Assembly (NCBI GenBank): GCA_003023365.1
Contig: PXTG01000041.1
Coordinates: 1 to 47,682 of the forward strand
Reading direction: 5' to 3'
Length of the DNA: 47,682 bases
From: Bacteroidetes bacterium QH_7_62_13
Lineage (GTDB): Bacteria > Bacteroidota > Rhodothermia > Rhodothermales > Salinibacteraceae
Below are positions 39,674 to 47,682 of the stretch, piece after piece (position 1 is the stretch's first letter; the number at the start of each line of letters is the position of its first letter). The notes beneath the pieces are model-generated. The model was given only the letters and a program-made list of their open reading frames with translations. It had not been told where the DNA came from and did not search any database. A program made the position numbers and the translations under genes.

Positions 39674-40501
39674 ATGACACTGCTTGAGGCCGCCGGGCTC
39701 GCCGTCGCGGGCCTCGGGGCCGGCTTCGTTGCCGGACTGGTGGGCGTGGGCGGTGGGGTAATCTTTACCCCGGTGCTGTTTGCCATTTACGGCGTGCTGG
39801 GCGTACCGGGGGCGGTGCACACTCCGCTGACGGTGGGCACGGGGCTCTTCTGTACGGGCCTCGCGGCGGGAGCCAGCGCCCTTCACCACGTGCGGCGGAA
39901 CGCCGTACACCCGCGGATGGCGTTGGGCGTGGGGCTGGCGAGTGCGGGGGCAGTAGGCCTCGTCTCGGGCCTCGTCGTCACACGGCCGTGGTACGACAAT
40001 CGCCTCTTCCAGCTTCTCTTCGCCGCGGTCCTGGTCGTGGTGGCCGTGCGCATGGTGCGCGGGCCGGCGGCCGCCGATTTTCAAACATGCGAACGCGTCG
40101 ACACGCCCCGATGGCTTCCCTGGCTCGGGACGGGGACGGCGGCCGGTGCAGTCGCCTCGGCGGTCGGCGTCGGGGGCGGCGTGGTCCTCGTTCCGTCGTA
40201 CAACCGGTTCTTCCACCTGCCTCTCCACCGGGCGGTCGGGACCTCCAGCGCCACCATCTTCGTCATCTCGGCCGTGAGTACCGTCGCCTACGCGTGGTTG
40301 GGCGCCGGCATTGGGGGGCGGCCCCTCGCCGTCGGGTACGTGGACGTGGGGACGGGGCTCCTGCTGGCCGTGCCTGCGGTCGTCGGGGCGCAGGGTGGGG
40401 CGGCCCTCGCGCACCGCATCGAGACCGGTTGGCTTCGGTGGAGCTTTGCCGCCCTTGCGGTCGTTGTTGCGGGTCGGCTGGCGTGGAACGCCGTAGGATA
40501 A
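39674..40501 (+). CDS. TauE/SafE (sulfite exporter-like) membrane protein
   Basis: Duplicated GxxxGLVGVGGG..P / AVGVGGGVVLVP motif, AVGTS. Confidence 0.88.
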   Translation: MTLLEAAGLAVAGLGAGFVAGLVGVGGGVIFTPVLFAIYGVLGVPGAVHTPLTVGTGLFCTGLAAGASALHHVRRNAVHPRMALGVGLASAGAVGLVSGLVVTRPWYDNRLFQLLFAAVLVVVAVRMVRGPAAADFQTCERVDTPRWLPWLGTGTAAGAVASAVGVGGGVVLVPSYNRFFHLPLHRAVGTSSATIFVISAVSTVAYAWLGAGIGGRPLAVGYVDVGTGLLLAVPAVVGAQGGAALAHRIETGWLRWSFAALAVVVAGRLAWNAVG

Positions 40502-40590
40502 ACGGGCCTGCAGTTCCTCTCCTGCGAGGACCGTTCGACTATGCCCCGGTCCACCGAACAGAATGCCGTTTCCAGTCAGAGCTGTACTTC

Positions 40591-41202
40591 ATGAGTTTAT
40601 CCCAGCGCATTTTCGCACACGGGCTCGCCCTCGGCGATGACGCCCAGCACCGGATTTACGGCGATCGGAAGCGGCAGCTCTTCGCTGGGCTGGCGGGCAC
40701 CGTGGTCGAGATCGGGCCGGGGACGGGCGTGAACCTGCCGTACCTGCCGGACGGCCTCCGCTGGATTGGGCTGGAGCCGAACCCGCACATGCACGACTAC
40801 CTCCAAGAGCGACTCACAGGGCGAGATATCGACGCCGAGCTCCGCACGGACCCCGCCCAGAACACCGGTCTGCCCGACGCCTGCGCCGACGTGGTGATCA
40901 GCACCCTCGTCCTCTGCTCCGTCCCTACCCTCGACGACACCCTGGCCGAACTGCGACGTATCCTAAAGTCCGGCGGGCGTCTTCTCTTCATCGAGCACGT
41001 GGCGGCCCCCCGCGACACGTGGTTGTACACCCTGCAGCGCGGCATGCGTCCCGTCTGGAAACGACTGGCCGACGGATGCCACCCGGACCGCGCGACCGGT
41101 GCCGCTCTCCGGCGGGCCGGCTTCTCCTCAGTCTCGTTCGACCGATTCGACACCGGGCTGCCCGTCGTGTCCCCCCACGTCATGGGCGTAGCGACGGTGT
41201 GA
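40591..41202 (+). CDS. Class I SAM-dependent methyltransferase
   Basis: VVEIGPGTGVN, GLEPNPHM, DVVISTLVLCSV, LFIEHV, DGCHPDR. Confidence 0.92.
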   Translation: MSLSQRIFAHGLALGDDAQHRIYGDRKRQLFAGLAGTVVEIGPGTGVNLPYLPDGLRWIGLEPNPHMHDYLQERLTGRDIDAELRTDPAQNTGLPDACADVVISTLVLCSVPTLDDTLAELRRILKSGGRLLFIEHVAAPRDTWLYTLQRGMRPVWKRLADGCHPDRATGAALRRAGFSSVSFDRFDTGLPVVSPHVMGVATV

Positions 41203-41357
41203 GTGTGAAGGCGCCATCCCGAAGAAGAAATTCTACACGCTGAAACCGTCCGGTCATTTTGCAAACATGCCAACGTTCAGCGTCGGACGTTCAACATTGT
41301 GTGGAGTCGGAGGCTGATTCTCTTTCGTCGGACGGCGCCCTTCCGGGGAGAATGGAA

Positions 41358-41600
41358 CTACGACGCCGGGGCACCCTCTTCGTCCGCAATCTCGTCTACA
41401 TCTACCGGCGGCAGGTCGTGGTACCAGTCGTGGTGGGGCGACCACGCGTGGCACTGATGACACTGCGTCTCGCGCCACACTTTCCCGCACTCTGGACATT
41501 CGCCGTGCGTGTCGAACGTGTGCCAGCTGTGTCCGCACTCGCAGGTCCACTCCGCGGAGGGTGGGGGCTCCCACTCACATTCGGGACAATAAATCTCCAT
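41358..41600 (-). CDS. Small Cys/His/Trp-rich putative zinc-binding protein
   Basis: CPEC.W.P...W.C.CGH.W.TF.T.G.CPEC...W..TQC..C..WSPH..WYH. Confidence 0.8.
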   Translation of the reverse strand: MEIYCPECEWEPPPSAEWTCECGHSWHTFDTHGECPECGKVWRETQCHQCHAWSPHHDWYHDLPPVDVDEIADEEGAPAS

Positions 41601-41713
41601 CAGACAGAATCGCAGTGAAAGGACTGTGAGCGGGCTGGGTCGCGGTGGATGCCGTCCGGCCCATCCGTTAGCATTGTAGTGCGTCGCCCTCCCTTCCTGT
41701 TTCCCCTCCCGGC

Positions 41714-42073
41714 ATGCCCGACTTCGACCTCGAAAACTTCACGCACCGTCTCCTCGCCGAATCGCTCTTTTACGACCTGGAATACGGGCTTGTGGGAAGC
41801 GTGAGTCTCATTGACCCTGAGACGGAGCGGGAGATGTACATCGCGTCGTTCATGCCCGACGACGGGGCGTTCATGATTGAAGAAGCCACCGCCTGGGAAG
41901 ACCCCCCCGAACTGGAGGACGAGGAGGACGTAGCATACGCCCTCGCTACCGAGAGCACCGTGCACGGCACGTACGAGATTCCGGAGGTGGCCGCGAACAC
42001 TGTCCTTACCCTTGCCCGCGAGCACGATCTCCTGCCCAGCGTCACGGTGCTGTTCGAGGACGAAGAACTCTGA
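41714..42073 (+). CDS. Acidic hypothetical protein
   Basis: Coherent 119-aa ORF with host-like codon use and halophile-type acidity. Confidence 0.7.
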   Translation: MPDFDLENFTHRLLAESLFYDLEYGLVGSVSLIDPETEREMYIASFMPDDGAFMIEEATAWEDPPELEDEEDVAYALATESTVHGTYEIPEVAANTVLTLAREHDLLPSVTVLFEDEEL

Positions 42074-42122
42074 CCGCACCTTACCGGCGTGCCTGCCCCG
42101 GCGCCGACCAACCTGACCAATC

Positions 42123-42323
42123 TCACGATCGGGTCAGCGTGAAGCCCGCGTCCGTCATCACCTCCTCGAGCTTTTCCTCCAACCGGTCGCTCTCAACGAT
42201 TGTCAGTTCGGTTCCCCGGCGCACCTTGGAGAGCAGCGTGTGCTTATTGATGCCCTCCACCTCCTCGGCCACCTTCGAAATCTTCAGGTACGGCTTGAGG
42301 GCCTGAAGCTCCTTAATTGTCAT
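42123..42323 (-). CDS. Small putative HTH/DNA-binding protein
   Basis: LKISKVAEEVEGINKHTLLSKVRRG resembles a helix-turn-helix; 66 aa. Confidence 0.6.
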   Translation of the reverse strand: MTIKELQALKPYLKISKVAEEVEGINKHTLLSKVRRGTELTIVESDRLEEKLEEVMTDAGFTLTRS

Positions 42324-42675
42324 GATCGAAGCAACGCATCGGTGTGAACGACGAATCGTTCAATATGACTTTTTATTATCCAATTCAACTTCTCCTGTTT
42401 CGTTTGAGCGACCAAATATCCGCGGGGGTATTTTTTATCTACCAATAGGAACATTATTTAGCCCATCGGATTAAATTTTGTGCGATAGACGAAGTTATCC
42501 GTCACCAGACCCCGCGAGGTTCCTATGATCCCCTCCTATCGATCCACTGCTCGGTCCAACCAGCCCAACTCAACCACCCCTTCCTCCCGATACGTCTACC
42601 GGCATCATCTCCGCGACCTACAGGGCGCCGTCGGTGCGTCAATCGGAAAGGGATTCGACGTTCTCAGCCGACAAC

Positions 42676-42729
42676 TCAATACGCTACACTGCAAACGGGA
42701 CGTCAATACGCCACACCGCAAACGGGACG
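42676..42729 (+). repeat. 27-bp tandem repeat x2 (2 mismatches)
   Basis: TCAATACGCTACACTGCAAACGGGACG / TCAATACGCCACACCGCAAACGGGACG. Confidence 0.9.
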
Positions 42730-42866
42730 CTTGAAGGTAGGGTACTCTGTGGACGGGACGGTGAGGAGACACAGCTACTGAACGCGGGTCCACCCGTGCC
42801 AGTATAACTGGCGGCAGCTTAATCGCTCGTCGTCCGTCCTTCTCGCACCAATCCGTTCGACGCCTC

Positions 42867-43139
42867 ATGGCCGCAGGTTCGACCCGTGCAACCGTAGCCC
42901 CCGACACCGCCGCCGAGCACTATCGGAAGTGGAAGCGGCTCGCTCCTCTCGGTCTCACAACCGTCGGCCTGGGTGCGAGCCTGATCGGCCAATCTACAAT
43001 TTTGAAGTCCGAAACGCGGTCGACCTGGAAGTGGGTGGCCCTCGGGACCGTGAGTCTCGTTGTGTTCAACGCGGGGCTCTGCCTTTTCGGCGACGCCGTG
43101 AAGCACCGGGCGCTGTACGAATGGGCCGACCCCGAATAA
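42867..43139 (+). CDS. Small two-TM membrane protein
   Basis: APLGLTTVGLGASLIG and WVALGTVSLVVFNAGLCLFGDAVKHR segments. Confidence 0.7.
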   Translation: MAAGSTRATVAPDTAAEHYRKWKRLAPLGLTTVGLGASLIGQSTILKSETRSTWKWVALGTVSLVVFNAGLCLFGDAVKHRALYEWADPE

Positions 43140-43234
43140 CCGCCCTCGACCGATGCGTCCGGCCTCTTTGTGGACCGTTTCCCCTTTCAGCGTAGAAAGG
43201 CGAGAAGGTTGAACGGTGGTCGGTACTGAGGCTC

Positions 43235-44026
43235 CTATTCTCCATCTGCCGTATCGGTGGGCTTCCGGAAGACGAGCACGTGCTGGCGGGGAAGCATCTC
43301 CTGGGTCCTCACCCATTCAAATCCGACGGCTTCCAGCTCCTTGCGCGCCTGCGCCTCTGTCATCTTGTGGAGGGGCTTGATGGGAATGCTCGGGTCCTCC
43401 TTTCGGTACTCTACGAGGTAGACGCGCCCACCCGGCACGAGAGCGTCCTTGAGGCTGAGCATCATCTCTCGCGGATGCGAGAACTCATGGTACGCGTCTA
43501 CCATCAGGGCGGCGTCAACGGAATCGGACGGCAGATTGGGGTCGGTGACGGTGCCGCGCACGGGCGTCACGTTCTTGATTCCCCTCTCGTCCATTTTGGA
43601 CCGCACCATGTCGAGCATCTCGGGCTGGATGTCCACGGCGAAGACGCGGCCCTCCGGCACCCTCGGCGCGATGCGGAACGAAAAATACCCGGTCCCGGCT
43701 CCGATGTCCGCGACCACCTCGTCCGGGGCCAGGCGCATGCTGTCCACGAGGAGCTCGGGCTGTTCGCTCTCCGCCCGTTCGGGCCGTTCGAGCCAGGCGG
43801 CCCCCCGGTGGCCCATCACCTGCGAGATCTCCCGCCCCATATAGACCTTGCCGGTGCCGTTGCGGCTCGGCGTCGTTTGCGTGTAGACGTCGCTCGTATC
43901 CGCTGCCTCAGCCTCGGCCTCCTCCGACGCCGTCTGACACCCGGCAGTGGGAGCGGTGAGCAGAAGGGCGGCGACAAACAACGTGCTGATCGTCGCGAAG
44001 CGGGAGAGAGGACCGCGATTGCGCAT
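43235..44026 (-). CDS. Class I SAM-dependent methyltransferase with N-terminal lipoprotein-like signal
   Basis: YMGREISQVMGH.GAAWLERPER, VADIGAGTGYF, AVDIQPEML, VDAYHEF, VEYRKED; N-terminal LLLTAPTAGC. Confidence 0.88.
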   Translation of the reverse strand: MRNRGPLSRFATISTLFVAALLLTAPTAGCQTASEEAEAEAADTSDVYTQTTPSRNGTGKVYMGREISQVMGHRGAAWLERPERAESEQPELLVDSMRLAPDEVVADIGAGTGYFSFRIAPRVPEGRVFAVDIQPEMLDMVRSKMDERGIKNVTPVRGTVTDPNLPSDSVDAALMVDAYHEFSHPREMMLSLKDALVPGGRVYLVEYRKEDPSIPIKPLHKMTEAQARKELEAVGFEWVRTQEMLPRQHVLVFRKPTDTADGE

Positions 44027-44226
44027 GACAGAAAGCTGTAAGCTAGAGATGAAAAGAGGTGCGCGTTTTCCCAACGGCCCGACAAATCGGCGGGTTGGTA
44101 ACGAGGTCGGAACCAATCCCCCCTCGCAGCGGGCCGATCAAGCGCGACACATTCCAGGGCTGAACGCCTTGAGAAGAACAACTCCCATCCATCCGGAGGG
44201 GCCAACTACGGCCGGCCCCGTCTCGA

Positions 44227-44802
44227 CTACGACAGGGCCTGCACTGCTTCATCCACCACATCCTCGAACACCGTCGCCGGCAAATCGAGCTTGGCCATCG
44301 TCTGCATGCCGAAATACGTATTCGTCAGCGAGTGGGCCACCGCCTCAGGATCGCGGTCCGACGCAAATTCGCCCTGCGCCTGTCCGTACTCGACAAGTGC
44401 CTCGAATCCGTCCCGCATCTGAGCAAAGCTCTCACGGACCCGCTCGCACGTCTGTTCGTCGCAATGCGCCCGCTCCATCGTCGCACACGCGAGGAAGCAA
44501 CCCCGCGGGTGCCCATCGTCGGTCGGCATCGCCTCTTCTAGCAGATGCCGGAGAGCAGCCCGGGCCGAGTTGAACTGATCTAGCAGACGATCGAACGTGT
44601 CGGCGTCCCGCTCCCGGTAGTGGTCGAGTGCCCGGAGGTAGAGCTCGTGCTTGCTGCCGAAGGTATTGTACAGGCTAGAGCGATTGAGCCCCGTGTGGTC
44701 CACCAGATCCTGAGCACTGGTGGCCTCGAAGCCCTGCTCCCAGAACAGCTCCATGGCCTGCTCCAGGACCGCCTCGGGATTGAACTCTTTCGCACGGGGC
44801 AT
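44227..44802 (-). CDS. TetR/AcrR-family transcriptional regulator
   Basis: MPRAKEF...AMELFWEQGFEATS..DLVDHTGLNRSSLYNTFGSKHELY, RGCFL. Confidence 0.95.
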   Translation of the reverse strand: MPRAKEFNPEAVLEQAMELFWEQGFEATSAQDLVDHTGLNRSSLYNTFGSKHELYLRALDHYRERDADTFDRLLDQFNSARAALRHLLEEAMPTDDGHPRGCFLACATMERAHCDEQTCERVRESFAQMRDGFEALVEYGQAQGEFASDRDPEAVAHSLTNTYFGMQTMAKLDLPATVFEDVVDEAVQALS

Positions 44803-44855
44803 GGTGGGCCGGGCACCGGGTGAGGACAGAAGAAGGAAGTTTGTTCAAAGCGATA

Positions 44856-44873
44856 GAGAAATGTACGTTCCAA
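44856..44873. promoter_or_regulatory. Imperfect palindrome, possible TetR operator
   Basis: GAGAAATGTACGTTCCAA about 55 nt upstream of the tetR start. Confidence 0.3.
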
Positions 44874-44934
44874 TAATACCAACAGCATCAGCAGATGGTG
44901 CTCCAAGGCAAGCTTGAAGTTGTGATTTCCACCA

Positions 44935-45085
44935 ATCGCTTCGCGCTCCGGGCGACCGAGCCGTTCTCGGTCGGCTTTCTCGTGGGGGCTCCAGAACCTG
45001 ATCGAGGTCCGTCGGGGAGATTCCGGTCAGGTGCCGGAACGTCTCCGGGCTGCGTCGAAGACGATCGGCCTTGGCCGCGTGCGAA
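44935..45085 (-). mobile_element. Transposase N-terminal remnant (IS5/ISL2-like HTH)
   Basis: KADRLRRSPETFRHLTGISPTDLDQVL resembles the FRxLTG N-terminus of DDE transposases; truncated; sits at the edge of the low-GC region. Confidence 0.5.
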
Positions 45086-45443
45086 CTCTTGGCAATGAGA
45101 GGGGAAGGAAATAGGATTGTACCAACTGACGAGGTTAATTCCACGGAATGTGTGGGCAGAAGAGGTCGCGGGGTGTGCCTTGGGACAGTCTATTTTTACT
45201 GCCAAGAACGATAGGGGACACAATAATCCTCGGTAGGTGGTATCAGAAACCACGCACGGCCTGCCGCCTCAATTTCCGATTACCTATTTACATTTTTTCA
45301 GAAATGTCCCTTGAAATGGCCACGAAGTCTAAATAAATAGCATTGGTGTATAAACAAGAAAAAATCAATCGAGCTATATCTACCTGGCTCGGCCTTTCGA
45401 ATCAATATTCGACAGTGAGTCTCAACGATCAACGCAACCAACA

Positions 45444-45768
45444 ATGAAGACAAGATCGCATCCGGACTCGTGTTGCTAATGGCTGCGGAAGTGGGGCAGT
45501 AACCGGGTATGGAATTAGGCCTGCACCGCTCGTGCAGTGTCCGATGACGGTCTGCGAAAGTATGGACTGCGGGGACAACTATAACGCCACCATGTGCGAA
45601 TACACAGGCGGGGGACCTGGAAGCTGCGACGGTACGACGAACTGCTACTGGACGAAGCGGAACCGCGACTGGGTCTCCAGTCCGCCGCTGAGCTGGAGCT
45701 CTGAGTCCTCCTCCTACTTCGAGTTCGGAAGCATTCAACCTCATCCGAAATACAAGTGCTTTACATAA
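45444..45768 (+). pseudogene. Small secreted Cys-rich peptide gene with disrupted signal peptide
   Basis: MK / KIASGLVLLMAA / GAVTGYGIRPAPLVQCPMTVCESMDCGDNYNATMCEYTGGGPGSCDGTTNCYW lie in three successive frames. Confidence 0.5.
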
Positions 45769-46865
45769 CTACCAGAAATTATACATGCATAAAAAGTAAG
45801 GTATGCTTTTTATTAATATTTACTTTTGCAGCAGGTGTTATCGTATCATGTGGCGAAGAAAGAACAAGACACCCGAAAAAAGAAAACTTTCCGTACCCTA
45901 ATATAGAGGTCGTTGAACCTGTAGGAGAATTTAATGTATCAGACAAGGGTGAGCGTGATAAGGGAAATCTCGTCCCAATAGATATATATGTAGGGGAGCG
46001 AGAGGATGTAAAAGTAAAGCATCTCAACAAAGGTAAATATTTAGTACTGGATACGCACAGTTACAAGCTCCATGTATACGATAGTATTAATAAAAAATCA
46101 TACGTTCTAAACGAAAAGAGTCAAGGCCCCAAAGATCTATCTTGGGCAACTGATATTTCGGTTAGGGGCGACAGCGTTTATATATCCACATTAGACTTCA
46201 GGTATATCGTATACTACTGTAGCGACTCGTGTGAGTACGAAAGGACAGAAAGGATACCGTACCAAGGTCGGAGTGTATCCGCAACTAGTGAAGGGGTGTT
46301 CCTGGCTGCCCAGCAACCATTAATGGAAAAGAGGAAAAAGGCTGAAAATATGGAGGGAATAATATACAGCCCAAGTTCAGAAGATTACACATTCGGAAAA
46401 GGGTACCAGCATGACAGCTGGCTAGTTAAAGATAAGGTCAACGAGCTGCTAATGGAAGCCAGAAGACTAGAAAAAGTAGTGGCTTTTAAATATATGCCCT
46501 ATGTATTCGTTTACGAAGGACAAGATATAAAGTACAAGGCCAAAGTTAAGAGTTTTGAAATGACAGAGTTCTTGTATGATGGCGAAAGAGGTGCATTGTC
46601 TGTAAACAAAAGCAATGAGTGGAGTGAAGTTATATCTATAAAAGAGACTAGCAAAAACGAATACCTTGTATCGGTTAGAAACATGAAGAATGCGTCTGAA
46701 CAGCTAGTGAAGTCCACAAGGACCTATTACATAAATACTGAACAAAAGTCGTTTTTAAGAGAAAACAAGTATAGCGCCGATATTTCCCCTATTTTTGAAC
46801 CAATAAATACAAGAGAGAGAACACTATATTATAAATCAGGTAGAATATATGATAAGCGTGATTAA
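45756..46865 (+). CDS. Lipoprotein, probable 6-bladed beta-propeller
   Basis: Lipobox VIVSC; YLVLD....LHVYD, SQGPKDLSWATDISVRGDSVYI (GxGPGE-like blade); AT-rich; exact start uncertain. Confidence 0.7.
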   Translation: MLYITTRNYTCIKSKVCFLLIFTFAAGVIVSCGEERTRHPKKENFPYPNIEVVEPVGEFNVSDKGERDKGNLVPIDIYVGEREDVKVKHLNKGKYLVLDTHSYKLHVYDSINKKSYVLNEKSQGPKDLSWATDISVRGDSVYISTLDFRYIVYYCSDSCEYERTERIPYQGRSVSATSEGVFLAAQQPLMEKRKKAENMEGIIYSPSSEDYTFGKGYQHDSWLVKDKVNELLMEARRLEKVVAFKYMPYVFVYEGQDIKYKAKVKSFEMTEFLYDGERGALSVNKSNEWSEVISIKETSKNEYLVSVRNMKNASEQLVKSTRTYYINTEQKSFLRENKYSADISPIFEPINTRERTLYYKSGRIYDKRD

Positions 46866-47453
46866 CCTAGAAAGAGCCCACTACGTCCTGAAACTAGCGC
46901 TATGTTCTGCCTTATTTTTTACAATATCGTACGGATCAAAAAAGTACAACTTTAATGAGGATATCAGAATAACTCCTGATATTAGAAAACAGGAGTTCAT
47001 AAATTTAGTATACATATCTTCTAGTGAATGTCCAGATTGCACTAATGAAGTAAACAACGAAAATGTAACAAATATTAAAAAAAGTCTCGAATATGTCTTT
47101 GACAGTTTGCAGTTAGATCTATACACAGTGGGGGGTCGTTAAAGAAAAAGGACCATACAAAGGAATACGGCACCCTAACAAAACTGGATTTGTACTTTGA
47201 AGTTATGTCCGGAATGGGGCCTTACAATACTGCGTACCAAAAATACGTATGGAACAGTGATGTAGAGCCGGGTACACCGCAAATTTTGATATTTAAAACA
47301 TCATATTTCAACGAACCAAGAGGTAATTATATCGGCAACATATCAGCAGACCGCAACCTCCTAATGAAGGTACACGGGTTCGCTGAGATAGACTCTCTGT
47401 CCGGCGTGGCAGTGAACGACATTGTCAATCACGTGGGCGGTAAAATCCGATAG
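46849..47453 (+). pseudogene. Membrane-anchored thioredoxin-like (CxxC) protein split by two +1 homopolymer frameshifts
   Basis: LVYISSSECPDC in the first ORF; continues VGVVKEKGPYKGIRHPNKTG after the G6 run (47130-47135), then LYFEVMSG...GTPQILIF (cis-Pro TP motif) after GGATTTG near 47188. Confidence 0.6.
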
Positions 47454-47682
47454 CCACGATGACTTATCTCTACCTGGACTGTAGTGCTTGTCACGTCCAA
47501 AGCCATCCGGTATACAAACCATCACTGAGGCCGCTTCTTTCGCCGGAAGGCTGGCACCGAATTCTGGCTTGACCGTGTGTGGAAGAGAAGATTGATTCCG
47601 GAACGGACGCACATGCAAAGTGGACCTCTGGTGTAGAGCATCCTCCTCCCATTCCCGTATCGGCCCGCGGCGACCACAAAGA

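Noticed and set aside
42350-42510. AT-rich tract as oriC
   Set aside because: No exact TTATCCACA box and no dnaA/dnaN/gidA context in the window
42676-42729. 27-bp repeat as a mini-CRISPR
   Set aside because: Only two abutting units with no spacer, and no cas genes nearby
47454-47682. Short ORFs at the right edge
   Set aside because: No recognisable protein or IS-end motif; cannot be called

Overview
High-GC bacterial chromosome segment with many Asp/Glu-rich proteins. Gene content and style suggest an extremely halophilic Rhodothermota such as Salinibacter or a relative (inferred, not proven). Left to right: (1) 3' end of an isoaspartyl peptidase/asparaginase. (2) A minus-strand ECF sigma operon (DUF4382-like lipoprotein, sigma, anti-sigma with a CBM48/AMPK-type glycogen-binding domain, beta-barrel protein with a second such domain, secreted protein) preceded by a canonical ECF promoter. 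(3) metK, broken by a ~34-nt deletion, divergent from acpP-fabF across a structured SAM-riboswitch-like spacer. (4) A ~19.5 kb envelope locus (9063-28532): TolC, MlaC-like, GT4, flippase, two PAPS-type sulfotransferases, three tandem arylsulfotransferases, a tiny signal-peptide/Tyr-first membrane peptide, an OM barrel, a TagF-like transferase, inositol-3-P synthase, an IPCT-like cytidylyltransferase and DUF3047. This is the best candidate for an undescribed system: a sulfated, inositol-phosphate-containing surface polymer or lipid with a trans-envelope sulfate relay. (5) Mixed housekeeping genes (LOG, DinB, RoxA/YcfD-like, DUF4159, glyA, PRTase, tatC, S41 protease, TauE, methyltransferases, TetR) with a hydrolase pseudogene and several small repeats. 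(6) An IS remnant followed by an AT-rich island with a decayed Cys-rich secreted peptide, a beta-propeller-like lipoprotein and a frameshifted CxxC protein. All family calls come from motif recognition by eye; no searches were run.
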